A stretch of DNA of 44,384 nucleotides from an uncultured Mesoaciditoga sp. (GTDB lineage: Bacteria > Thermotogota > Thermotogae > Mesoaciditogales > Mesoaciditogaceae), in NCBI GenBank assembly GCA_964503355.1, contig CAZCZS010000002.1:10556-54939 (forward strand), in the 5' to 3' direction. Shown here one piece after another: positions 8,791-18,082 of this stretch; position 1 is the first letter of the stretch; each line of letters starts with the position of its first letter. Made by a program: the position numbers and the translations under genes. A model generated the notes under the pieces. It was not told the origin of the DNA. It saw only the letters and a program-made list of their open reading frames with translations, and did not search any database.

Positions 8791-8965
8791 TCGAAGTTTT
8801 CATCAAGACATATGAGCTCGCCATCCAGGAATTCACAAGAGTGAGGTTGGAAGACGCATGGATGTGTCGAGAAAGCAAAGCACTCACGGATGAGTGTCTG
8901 AGCGTGCCTCACGATGTGAATTGAAGGATGGATAAACGAGCGAGTCAGTTTTGATAAGACTTCGA
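8791..8965. ncRNA. Predicted structured element: long nested stem topped by two hairpins (ncRNA or MITE-like repeat)
   Basis: Nested pairs TCGAAGT..ATCAAGAC/GTTTTGAT..ACTTCGA, CTCG/CGAG, CCATCC/GGATGG, AATTCACA/TGTGAATT, GTGAGG/CCTCAC. Inner hairpins GACGCA-TGGA-TGTGTC (8853-8868) and CACTCA-CGGA-TGAGTG (8881-8896). Confidence 0.65.
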
Positions 8966-9084
8966 AAAAAATTCCCTTATCGCTTGAAAAGCGATGTTCA
9001 TTTGATAAATACTCATAAGTTGTAACATTGACGCACAGGATGAGTTAGTTCATTTGTCCAAACGTTTCGTCAGAACCCAACGTT

Positions 9085-10227
9085 TTAAAAGCTGGACACT
9101 TCAGCCCATAAGCATTTCAGATAATCCGTTTCTGGCATTGAAAGCAGATGTGGATGATCTAAAGGCAAGCCAGTCCATCCTATCAGTTTCACGACTTTTC
9201 CCTTTTCACTTGCACTCTTCAAAACCACTTTTTTCAACATGTCTCTATCTATGTTGTAAGCACATGAGCATAGACCGATCTTACCGTTTTCGTTCAAGTG
9301 TTCTATCATCTGATCGACTAAATTTTTCAACAGTTCGAAAGCTTTGGGCCTTTGTGAACGTTTTTTGATCAAAGAAGGTGGATCTGCTACGATGATATCG
9401 TACATCTTCAGACCGCTGAGGTCAAATGCGTCCTGACATATGAAGTTCACCTTAACCTTGTTCATTTCTGCATTTTCCGCCGCGACGTTTAGGTCTTCAA
9501 TGGATATATCAATGGCGTCAACTTCCATGCCTTTTGATGCCAACGCTATCGCAAATCCGCCGGTGTAAGTGAACAGATCCAGAGCTTTTCCTCTACTCGC
9601 AAGCTTTTTGACGAAAATTCTTGAATCTCTTTGATCGTAAAAGAATCCAGTTTTTTGACCTTTAACGACATTCACTTTGAATTTCAACCCATCTTCTCTT
9701 AAGATCTCTTCTCTTGGGTAAAGGCCGTAAAGTACACCTTTTTCTCTGGAGAGGTTGGGTTCAGGCAAGGATTCAAAATCGCTCCTTTCATAAATGGTAA
9801 GAGGATTGTACACCTTTACCAAAGCGTTCACGATCTCTTCTTTCATATTTTCAAGCGCCTTTGATCTTATCTGCAACACAAGTGTGTCGTAAAACCTGTC
9901 AACGATGAGCGAAGGAATTAAATCTCCTTCCGCGTTGAATTCTCGCCTGAATCGAGGATAAAATTTCTTTCTTCTTTTCCACGCCATTTGAAACCTTCTT
10001 ACGAAGAATTCTTCATTTATTTCTTCGTAAGTTCTGGTCAGCACTTTCAAAGGATTATCCGCTTTTGAGTTGTAAAGTCCTCGACCGAGAAATTCATCTT
10101 CAAAGAATATATTTGCCACACCAACTTCTTCATCTGAGTTGGTACTTTTCATCTCATCTTCGTATATCCAAAGGTGACCTCTCTTTATCTTCTCTCTTCC
10201 CCTTTTATTCAAATAAACTACTATCAT
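9085..10227 (-). CDS. Class I SAM-dependent rRNA methyltransferase (RlmI/YccW-like, PUA + MTase)
   Basis: GHLWIY, NAEGDLIP, GQKTGFFYDQR, LDLFTYTGGF, DPPS. Start moved to ATG 10227, which follows GGAG. Confidence 0.9.
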   Translation of the reverse strand: MIVVYLNKRGREKIKRGHLWIYEDEMKSTNSDEEVGVANIFFEDEFLGRGLYNSKADNPLKVLTRTYEEINEEFFVRRFQMAWKRRKKFYPRFRREFNAEGDLIPSLIVDRFYDTLVLQIRSKALENMKEEIVNALVKVYNPLTIYERSDFESLPEPNLSREKGVLYGLYPREEILREDGLKFKVNVVKGQKTGFFYDQRDSRIFVKKLASRGKALDLFTYTGGFAIALASKGMEVDAIDISIEDLNVAAENAEMNKVKVNFICQDAFDLSGLKMYDIIVADPPSLIKKRSQRPKAFELLKNLVDQMIEHLNENGKIGLCSCAYNIDRDMLKKVVLKSASEKGKVVKLIGWTGLPLDHPHLLSMPETDYLKCLWAEVSSF

Positions 10228-11101
10228 CTTCAGCCCTCTCCAACATCCGTTTTGCGACGCTATAACGATGTCCCCGTACGGAAACGTACATACCCTTGTT
10301 AGCCGTCGCTTTTGCACTTTCAATAAGAATTAAAATTCCAGAAGATATTATCTTTTCTCTCCCCTTTTCCATACCTACAAGTTTCGTCATGTCTTCCAAC
10401 CTCATAGAACACAATTTGCGGTAAAGTTCTTCCAATTCTTCAACTTGAACGTAGCTTCCATGAATAACATCTGGAGAAAAATTTCTTCTCTTTAAAATGC
10501 TGACCACCGTTGTACCCGTCCCACCGATGGGAACCAGTGGAAGATGTGGAAGAAAATCGAGCGTCTGTGAGACGAAGCTTCTGGCGTTTTCCAATTGTTT
10601 TCCTATGGGATAGGATTTCACGAATTTATTCGTCAACACTATGGCACCAATTGGAAGACTGCGCGAGAATATCTTTCCCTCTTTTTCAAACGAGAATTCC
10701 ACACTTCCCCCTCCAACGTCCACCACAAGGGGAAAAGAAATGGGTATTTTTTCGTCTTCCTTAACCGAAAGATACGATAGTCTTGCTTCCTCGTCTCCCG
10801 AAAGTATTTTAGAGATGTCAAAACCTTTTGAAAGTTCTTCGAAGTACGTTTTGGGCAACTTTCTGAATATTTCGGTTCCAACGATCACGCGTTTATCCAC
10901 GCCGAATTCATCGCTTATCTTATGATACCTTTTCACGACTTCCAATGCCCTCGTGAAGGTGGTTTCATTTTTACCCTTCAACAAGCTGCCCATCCCAACG
11001 ATTGTGGAAAGATCCACGAGATACTCAACACGGTCATCTTTTTTTTGAGCTATAAGGAGAATGAACGAATTACTTCCCGCATCTACAACGGCTACTTTCA
11101 A
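10205..11101 (-). CDS. Ppx/GppA family exopolyphosphatase
   Basis: DAGSNS, LSGDEEA, DVGGGSVE and IGGT ASKHA motifs. TTG start at 11101 follows AAGGAG. Confidence 0.88.
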   Translation of the reverse strand: MKVAVVDAGSNSFILLIAQKKDDRVEYLVDLSTIVGMGSLLKGKNETTFTRALEVVKRYHKISDEFGVDKRVIVGTEIFRKLPKTYFEELSKGFDISKILSGDEEARLSYLSVKEDEKIPISFPLVVDVGGGSVEFSFEKEGKIFSRSLPIGAIVLTNKFVKSYPIGKQLENARSFVSQTLDFLPHLPLVPIGGTGTTVVSILKRRNFSPDVIHGSYVQVEELEELYRKLCSMRLEDMTKLVGMEKGREKIISSGILILIESAKATANKGMYVSVRGHRYSVAKRMLERAEDDSSLFE

Positions 11102-11126
11102 GTTCGGCTCCTTTTCCAATCGTTTT

Positions 11127-12575
11127 TTAATGAACAACGCTTACGGTCTTCTCTTGAGTGTTCGAAACGTACACGACGCCTATTTTTTCATCTCCCGAAA
11201 TCCACGTTGGACCTTTTCCAACGAGCACGGTTTGAAGAACGGTGTTCGTTTTCCCATCAACGACACTTATCGTGTTATCTGAGGTGTTGGACACGTAAAT
11301 TCTATTCTTTTGCGCATCCACGTAAACGTAGCTTGGACCGTTTCCGATTTGAACCTCTTTAACGATTTCATCCGTTTCACCGTTTATCACGTCTAAAGTG
11401 TTGTTTGAATGGTTGGCAACGTAAATCATGTTGGTTACGGGATTCACGGCAATACCCAACGGACTACCACCAACTTTTATCTCATCCGATAGCGAGTTGT
11501 CTTCGCCATTTATCACGCTTACACTTCCATCCGTTTGATTGGTGGCGTAAATCATGTTGGTTACGGGATTCACCGTCACATCTTGAGGAGATTTTCCCAC
11601 CCGAATCGTGCCAACTATTCTAACAGGCGAAGCGCTTAAAACGTTCACGGCGTTGAAATATGAATTCGTAACGTAAACGAAGTTCGTTTTTGAATTGAAT
11701 GCCATTCCGTGAGGTGTTCCCCCTATGAGTACGTTTTCTATAACTTTGTCGTTCGAGGCATCTATCACCGTTATGGTATTTGTCGCGGAATTAGCCACAA
11801 ACAATCTTTTGTGATTGGGATCGTAGCACATTCCAGCCGGTGATGGCCCCACTTTGTATTCATCCAATTTGTTGTAACCGTACACGTTGAAGACCATAAC
11901 CAAATCCGTCGAGGAATCGGAAACGTACAATTTCCCACTTCCTTCGTCCACGGCCAATCCCGCCGGATTTCCTTTAAGAGGAATGTACATCCTTTCACCA
12001 ACGCCTTTGCTGGCTATGAAGTTCACATCCGCTTTCAAGCCGTTGACGATGAGTTCACTCGGACTGAAAAGCCAACCGTTTTTCAGTGGTTTCACCTTAA
12101 CCGTTCCTCTTAGCATCCCGCTTTTCCAAAAGCCATTCAAATTGGTTTTAACGGAGGTCGCGATTTGAGAACTTTCGAACGTTATGGTTACACCTGATAT
12201 GCCATTTCCATATTCATCTCGAACGTATCCGCTAACCCAATAGTTCAGAGGGTTGGCGGTGAAATCCACATCTTTGTAATTTCTGTCGACGTTTAAAATC
12301 TCCGTTTTGGGATTAAAAGTCCATCCACTCGCACTCGGAGTTATCGTGGTTTTGCCTATTACACCCCTTTCTGACCAGTGACCGTTTTTATCGGTGGAGG
12401 TGCGCAGATAACCGTTCGGATAGGAAATTGAAATGGTGACATTCGCGACTCCATTTCCAAGTGCATCTTTTACGTAACCAGATATCGTATGAGTGGAAGA
12501 ATTCACATAAGTGCATCCAGCCAAGATCAACGCCAGGATGGCGGCAAAAAACACGATGAAAATCTTTTTGGACAT
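11127..12575 (-). CDS. Lipoprotein with two carboxypeptidase-regulatory-like (prealbumin-fold) domains and a YVTN/YncE beta-propeller
   Basis: Lipobox LAGC; two ~80-aa repeats (SGYV.D..GNG...GW.F.P); about 7 repeats of ~42 aa containing YVTN/YVAN/YVSN. Confidence 0.85.
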   Translation of the reverse strand: MSKKIFIVFFAAILALILAGCTYVNSSTHTISGYVKDALGNGVANVTISISYPNGYLRTSTDKNGHWSERGVIGKTTITPSASGWTFNPKTEILNVDRNYKDVDFTANPLNYWVSGYVRDEYGNGISGVTITFESSQIATSVKTNLNGFWKSGMLRGTVKVKPLKNGWLFSPSELIVNGLKADVNFIASKGVGERMYIPLKGNPAGLAVDEGSGKLYVSDSSTDLVMVFNVYGYNKLDEYKVGPSPAGMCYDPNHKRLFVANSATNTITVIDASNDKVIENVLIGGTPHGMAFNSKTNFVYVTNSYFNAVNVLSASPVRIVGTIRVGKSPQDVTVNPVTNMIYATNQTDGSVSVINGEDNSLSDEIKVGGSPLGIAVNPVTNMIYVANHSNNTLDVINGETDEIVKEVQIGNGPSYVYVDAQKNRIYVSNTSDNTISVVDGKTNTVLQTVLVGKGPTWISGDEKIGVVYVSNTQEKTVSVVH

Positions 12576-12589
12576 ATCGTTAAGCCTCC

Positions 12590-13378
12590 TTAAAGGATTT
12601 GGCCAACCATTTCACACACTTTTGAGAGAAATCGTTCATCCCACTGGCTAAAAGGTTCCAATTTGTGAGAATCTATGTCGAGTTCTCCAACTATCTTTCC
12701 GTCTTTGAAAATTGGCACGACGATCTCGGATTTAACTTTTGGACTGCAAGAAAGATAGTTACTTTCTTTCGAAACATCCTGAACCACGAATGTTTTCTCT
12801 ATTTCGGCGGCTTGGCCACAAATTCCTTCACCAACTTTGATTTTAACATGTTCGGTATTCTCTCCGACAAAAGGACCTAAGACCAGGTTTTTTCCGCTCG
12901 GATCGAGCATGTAAAAACCCACCCAATTATAATATTCGACATGCTCTTCTAAAAATTCACATACTTCTTTAAGTTTTTTCTCGTTATCTTTCGAAGAGGA
13001 AAGGACGTTTTTTATGCCTTTCAAAAGCTTTTGTGATTTTTCCTCTTCGAGTTCATCCCATATTTCAAAAGCTCGCCTCAAGTGTGGAATAACTATGGAA
13101 CCTCCAACGACCAACCCTATCGAAAGCGCTTCTTCCACTTCGGCCGTCGCTACGCCGTTTTCATGACAAGTTATGAGATGGTATTCCACGCAATCGTCAC
13201 ATCTTAGTACCAACGATGAAACCAGACCGAGTAACTCTTTGATCTTTCGCGGGAGAGCCCCGCTTTCATAAACGTTTGTATCCAAATTGTAAAAGCGTTT
13301 TATGTGCTTTTTCGCGTATTTCATGACTATTTCATTTAACTGTTCTCGTTCTTTTTTAAACTCATTCACGTTTTTCAC
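12590..13378 (-). CDS. Fusion of AhpD/CMD-like domain and GAF domain of fRMsr (MsrC) type
   Basis: N-half GALPRKIKELLGL..S.VLRCDDCVEYH...VGGS; C-half NWVGFY, LGPFVG, GEGICG, YLSCS, KSEIVVP, GELDIDS. Confidence 0.85.
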   Translation of the reverse strand: MKNVNEFKKEREQLNEIVMKYAKKHIKRFYNLDTNVYESGALPRKIKELLGLVSSLVLRCDDCVEYHLITCHENGVATAEVEEALSIGLVVGGSIVIPHLRRAFEIWDELEEEKSQKLLKGIKNVLSSSKDNEKKLKEVCEFLEEHVEYYNWVGFYMLDPSGKNLVLGPFVGENTEHVKIKVGEGICGQAAEIEKTFVVQDVSKESNYLSCSPKVKSEIVVPIFKDGKIVGELDIDSHKLEPFSQWDERFLSKVCEMVGQIL

Positions 13379-14517
13379 AAATAATCACTCCTCACCTTTT
13401 TGAAAAATGCGATGATCACAAGCAAAACCTCCATACTTATCAAAAGAGGAACGACACCGAAACCGTAGAATATTCCTTCAACGTTTGAAATGCTTCCTAT
13501 AAGCCATTCTGAAATCCACGCTCCTATTCCAACAAAAAACACGAACACTCCCATAAGGTTGCCAACCTTTCCTTGAGCGTAATTCGTCAGCATCGCTTGA
13601 ATGGTTGGATAAGTACTCGCAAATCCCAGACCACTTAAGAATATGAAAGACATCGCGATGTACAAATTTGGAGAAAACATGAAAGCGATCACACAAAACA
13701 GAGAAAAAGAGGATATGACCAACAGCCACTTTTTTTCGTCCACTTTTATGTAACTCGCCGCGTATCTCCCGACGAACATCCCTGTCCAAAAGATCGCCGA
13801 AATCGCAGCGGCGAACGCAATATTTATACCTTTAGCGTGAACGAGAAAGGTACTCACCCACGCTGAAAAACCAACTTCATATCCCACGTATATCATTATG
13901 AGGAGATTCAAAAACACTATTTTCGGATCGAAGACGGCCTTGAAATCGAATTTTTCTTCCAACACAAGTGGGCTCTTCTCCATTTTAACAGAAAACACAA
14001 GAGCGATGAACGTGAAAAAAGCTTCCAAAATGTAAACGCTTCTCCATCCCCACGACCAACTTATAAAAAGTGAAACCACAAATGGACCTATTAGAGCTCC
14101 CAATGCGAAGAACGAATTCACATGGTTGAGCATATTCGCCGCTTTCTCCTTTTTTATCGTTCCGACGAGCGAACCAACACCTATTTCTATCAATCCTGTG
14201 CCCATGTTCGCAATAAAACCTGCCAAAGCTATCTTGAAAAAATCGTCGCTCAAGACGTATCCCAACGAACCGATCAAAAGAAAAAGCGCACCCAATTGAG
14301 CTATCAACTTCAATCCCATCTTATGGGCGAAGAAAGCACAAAACGCTGATCCTCCAACATATCCAAGCGTTCCCAACATGAAAAGATACCCTCCGTAGAG
14401 GTAGTTTATCGAAAGATCGTTTAAAACTTTTGGTAAGGCGCTTGAAAGGATCACCACGTAAAACCCGAACGCGAAAAAAGCAAAATAGGAGTACATTTTC
14501 AAATTTTTCGGAATCAT
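13375..14517 (-). CDS. MFS transporter (FucP/TsgA-like)
   Basis: About 12 hydrophobic segments; FFALGALIGP, YVGYE, GMFVGR, GLGFASTYP. Confidence 0.88.
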   Translation of the reverse strand: MIPKNLKMYSYFAFFAFGFYVVILSSALPKVLNDLSINYLYGGYLFMLGTLGYVGGSAFCAFFAHKMGLKLIAQLGALFLLIGSLGYVLSDDFFKIALAGFIANMGTGLIEIGVGSLVGTIKKEKAANMLNHVNSFFALGALIGPFVVSLFISWSWGWRSVYILEAFFTFIALVFSVKMEKSPLVLEEKFDFKAVFDPKIVFLNLLIMIYVGYEVGFSAWVSTFLVHAKGINIAFAAAISAIFWTGMFVGRYAASYIKVDEKKWLLVISSFSLFCVIAFMFSPNLYIAMSFIFLSGLGFASTYPTIQAMLTNYAQGKVGNLMGVFVFFVGIGAWISEWLIGSISNVEGIFYGFGVVPLLISMEVLLVIIAFFKKVRSDYL

Positions 14518-14806
14518 ATTTCACCTTCAGATTTGTATTCTCTTTGAATCAACGTTCGCTTCGTTGTTCCCCGTTTACCTCTCACTTTTCACTCTAACTT
14601 ATTTGTATTCTTACACACAACAAGTACGCAATGCAAATATTTTTTGAGAGGATTTTTCTTTAAAAGAAACCAAATTCGTTTAATTGGTGGGCTTTGAAAG
14701 GTTCTTGAATAACAAAGGTTTTTTAAGACTTTACGCTGTTTGTATTACAAAAATATGAATAACACACTGTATGTACTTGATAAAAAAACATTTATTGAAT
14801 TAAACG

Positions 14807-14835
14807 TTGACATATTCTTTTTTTTAGTGTAAAAT
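14807..14835 (+). promoter_or_regulatory. Sigma70-type promoter of the liv operon
   Basis: TTGACA (14807-14812), 17 nt, TAAAAT (14830-14835). Confidence 0.8.
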
Positions 14836-14890
14836 TTACACATATAAATTCTGGCCCGTTTCAGGCCAAAAAGGAAAGGGAGGGAAGTAA

Positions 14891-16000
14891 ATGAAGAAGA
14901 TATTGGTATTGGTAGGTGTTGCGTTGTTGATGGTGTCGGTGGTTCTCGGTGCGGGAACCATAAAAATCGGAGTCGCTTTCCCGATGACGGGAGGAATAGC
15001 GGCGTTTGGACAGATGACTTTGAACGGTGTGAAAGTGGCACAAAGTCTGTATCCAACGGTTTTGGGTAAGAAGATCGAGCTCATCGTTGCGGACAACAGA
15101 TCGGATAAGACCGAAGCGGCAAACGTCGTGAGTAGGTTGATAGATTACAATCACGTTGTGGCCATAATCGGTGAAATAGCGAGCTCGCACTCGTTGGCTG
15201 GAGGATCTATAGCAGAAGAAAGGCATATACCGATGCTTTCACCAGCCTCCACCAACCCGCTTGTAACTCAGGGAAAGCATTACGTCTTCAGGGCTTGCTT
15301 TATCGATCCATTCCAAGGTCATGTCGCCGCCGTTTTCGCTCGCAAATATTTGAAAGCCAAAACAGCCGTGGTTTTCACAGACGTCGTGCAAGATTACAGC
15401 GTTGGACTTGCCAATTTCTTCGTGAAAGATTTCGTCGCCATGGGTGGAAAAGTGTACAAAGAGTTCTATCAAACAGGCGACCAAGATTTCAGCGCCCAGT
15501 TAACGGACGCTCTTGGAAAAAATCCAGATGTTATCTACGTTCCTGGATATTATCCTGAAATAGCTTTGATGGCAAGGCAAGCAAGGCAACTCGGTTACAC
15601 GGGACCATTCCTCGCCGGTGACGGTGCAGAGGCTCCTGAACTCGTCAAGATAGGTGGAAGTGCCGTTAACGGTGTTTACTACACTTCTCACTTTAACGCT
15701 GAAAATCCTTTCACAGAAGTTGGAAAGGAATTCGTTGCGAAATACAAAGAAATGTACAAAGAATCTCCATCCGCTTTGGCAGCGTTGGGATTTGATTCCT
15801 ATCTGTTGCTAAGAGACGCCATAAAGAGAGCCAACTCAACGGATCCAGAAAAGATAGCCGAAGCGTTGAGAAACACCAAACACTTTGAAGGCGCAACGGG
15901 TTACATAACGATCGACAAGTATGGAAATACCATCAAATCGGCTGTTGTAAACGTTGTTAAAAACGGAAAATTCACATACGTTACCACCATCAATCCGTAA
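14891..16000 (+). CDS. livK: Branched-chain amino acid ABC transporter substrate-binding protein
   Basis: Signal peptide; IKIGVAFPMTG, ASTNP, FRACFIDPFQG, DFSAQLT; purine-rich RBS. Confidence 0.92.
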   Translation: MKKILVLVGVALLMVSVVLGAGTIKIGVAFPMTGGIAAFGQMTLNGVKVAQSLYPTVLGKKIELIVADNRSDKTEAANVVSRLIDYNHVVAIIGEIASSHSLAGGSIAEERHIPMLSPASTNPLVTQGKHYVFRACFIDPFQGHVAAVFARKYLKAKTAVVFTDVVQDYSVGLANFFVKDFVAMGGKVYKEFYQTGDQDFSAQLTDALGKNPDVIYVPGYYPEIALMARQARQLGYTGPFLAGDGAEAPELVKIGGSAVNGVYYTSHFNAENPFTEVGKEFVAKYKEMYKESPSALAALGFDSYLLLRDAIKRANSTDPEKIAEALRNTKHFEGATGYITIDKYGNTIKSAVVNVVKNGKFTYVTTINP

Positions 16001-16032
16001 AAACGTCGTGAAGGCGTAGACAAAGATATTTC

Positions 16033-16083
16033 GAGATGGAAATGCTCTTGATGCTTTAAAATTCAACAAGGCATTTCCATCTC
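16033..16083 (+). other. Intercistronic stem-loop between livK and livH
   Basis: 13-bp perfect inverted repeat GAGATGGAAATGC / GCATTTCCATCTC, extended by CTTG/CAAG. No U-tract directly after it. Confidence 0.8.
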
Positions 16084-16126
16084 TCACATAAAGAAAGCCA
16101 TTCTTTTTTGGAGGAGATGATGACGC

Positions 16127-17017
16127 TTGTCTCATATCGCGCAGAATCTTATAAACGGAACACTGTTAGGGGGGTTATACGCACTTATAGCGATAGGGTA
16201 CACCATGGTTTACGGAATATTAAGGCTTATAAATTTCGCACATGGTGATATTTTGATGTGGGGTGTCTACTTCGCTTTATACGCGGTGGTGGCGTTGAGT
16301 ATGCCATGGTGGTTAGGATTTATAGTCGGAATCGCTCTGGCAGGTTTGCTCGGATTCAGCGTTGAAAAGGTGGCTTACAGACCTTTAAGAAATGCCCCTC
16401 GAATCTCCGCACTTATAACCGCGATAGGTATTTCCTTTTTCTTGGAAAGCTTAGCGGTTGTCGTTTTTGGTGGAATTCCAAAATCATTTAACATATATCC
16501 GAAATTCTTCAACCGAATTTTGATATTCGGTCATCTTAGAATTCAGATGCTGACTTTCTTCATTCTTGGAGTCACGTTTCTTCTTTTGGTTGGCGTTTTG
16601 TGGTTGCTTTACAAAACGAAAACCGGCACGGCAATGCGCGCTATAGCAACCGATATTCCCACAACGAGCTTGATGGGTGCCAACGTTGACAACATAATAA
16701 GTTTAACGTTCATCATAGGTTCCATGTTGGCCGCAACTTCTGGAATAATGTGGGCGATGAGATATCCTCAAGTTCAACCTTACATGGGATTCGTCCCAGG
16801 ATTAAAGGCGTTCATAGCAGCGGTCATAGGAGGAATCGGTTCTGTGCCAGGCGCCGTTGTTGGAGGTTTCATACTCGGAATGACGGAGATACTCGTTGTT
16901 GGATTTTTTCCGAACTTGGCCGGATACAGAGATGTTTTCGCATACGTCATTTTGATAGTTTTGCTGATGTTCAGACCAACGGGAATATTCACAGTTTATT
17001 CGGAACAGAAGGTGTAA
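16127..17017 (+). CDS. livH: BCAA ABC permease
   Basis: YALIAIGYTMVYGILRLINFAHG; GLKAFIAAVIGGIGS. Confidence 0.95.
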   Translation: MSHIAQNLINGTLLGGLYALIAIGYTMVYGILRLINFAHGDILMWGVYFALYAVVALSMPWWLGFIVGIALAGLLGFSVEKVAYRPLRNAPRISALITAIGISFFLESLAVVVFGGIPKSFNIYPKFFNRILIFGHLRIQMLTFFILGVTFLLLVGVLWLLYKTKTGTAMRAIATDIPTTSLMGANVDNIISLTFIIGSMLAATSGIMWAMRYPQVQPYMGFVPGLKAFIAAVIGGIGSVPGAVVGGFILGMTEILVVGFFPNLAGYRDVFAYVILIVLLMFRPTGIFTVYSEQKV

Positions 17018-17020
17018 AGT

Positions 17021-18082
17021 ATGAAGAGAATCTCGGTTAAAACGAATTTCATACTCACCAGTCTTTTTGTCGTTGGAAGTGGTTTGCTTCTTCTCTGGGC
17101 ATCACACTCGGTTGGAGATTACTGGATCAGGATAATAACCCTGATGGCCATTTATTCCATCATGGCGGTGAGTTACACGTTGGTTAACGGTGTAACGGGT
17201 ATCTTCTCCCTCGGGCATGCCGGCTTCATCGCAGTTGGAGCTTACACGGCTGCGCTTTTAACTCTTCCAATACAACAAAAAGCGATGTCTTTTTTCATTG
17301 CTCCTCTTATTTGGCCTTTAAATAGCATACAGATGGGTTTCCTTCCAGCCACCATAATCGCGGGATTGGTAGCAGCGCTGGCGGCTTTTTTGGTGGGTTA
17401 TCCTTCTTTAAGGGTCACCGGTGATTATTTCGCCATAGCGACGCTCGCATTCGCGGAGATAATAAGGATCGTCATTCAAAATTCTTACAGCGTTACGAAC
17501 GGTTCTCTCGGTCTGAAGGGCATCCCTCCTTACACGAATATCTGGTGGGCGTGGGGATGGTTGTTGGTAACCTTGATGGTGATAGGAAGTTTGAAATTCA
17601 GCAGTTACGGTCGAGCGTTGAGGGCCATGTCCGAGGACACAGTCGCGGCCGGAGCTATGGGAATAAACGTTTTCAAACATCAACTCATGTCCTTTGTTGT
17701 AAGCGGATTTTTTGCGGGAATTGGAGGAGCGCTTTACGCCCATTGGCTTACGACTATCGATCCAAGACCGACGAGTTTGGGAATAATGTTGACGTTCTTC
17801 GTTTTGATAATGATCGTTATCGGTGGATTGGGAAGTATATCGGGAGCCGTTTTGGGCGCGATTTTCTTCGCGTTCGCCGCTCAATGGTTGAGAATCGTGG
17901 AATCACCTATGAATTTCTTTGGTATCACAATTCCGGGAATCCCTGGAATGAGCATGCTCATCTTCGCAACCGTTTTCATAATGATCATGCTCTTTTGGAG
18001 AAGAGGGATAATGGGCAAAGATGAATTGAGTTGGCAATACATATACGATCACTTCACCAAGAAAGCGGGTGATCACGATTAA
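17021..18082 (+). CDS. livM: BCAA ABC permease
   Basis: SLGHAGF..VGAY; GDYFAIATLAF; IGGLGS. Confidence 0.95.
   Translation: MKRISVKTNFILTSLFVVGSGLLLLWASHSVGDYWIRIITLMAIYSIMAVSYTLVNGVTGIFSLGHAGFIAVGAYTAALLTLPIQQKAMSFFIAPLIWPLNSIQMGFLPATIIAGLVAALAAFLVGYPSLRVTGDYFAIATLAFAEIIRIVIQNSYSVTNGSLGLKGIPPYTNIWWAWGWLLVTLMVIGSLKFSSYGRALRAMSEDTVAAGAMGINVFKHQLMSFVVSGFFAGIGGALYAHWLTTIDPRPTSLGIMLTFFVLIMIVIGGLGSISGAVLGAIFFAFAAQWLRIVESPMNFFGITIPGIPGMSMLIFATVFIMIMLFWRRGIMGKDELSWQYIYDHFTKKAGDHD

Noticed and set aside
8791-8965. tmRNA, RNase P, SRP or 6S RNA
   Set aside because: No tRNA-like ends, RNase P P4 motif or SRP loop. The size suits 6S, but a large central bubble is not evident; cmscan is needed to exclude it fully.
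8979-8995. Hairpin ATCGCTT-GAA-AAGCGAT as a terminator
   Set aside because: Short AT-rich stem with no adjacent U-tract on either strand; too weak to call.
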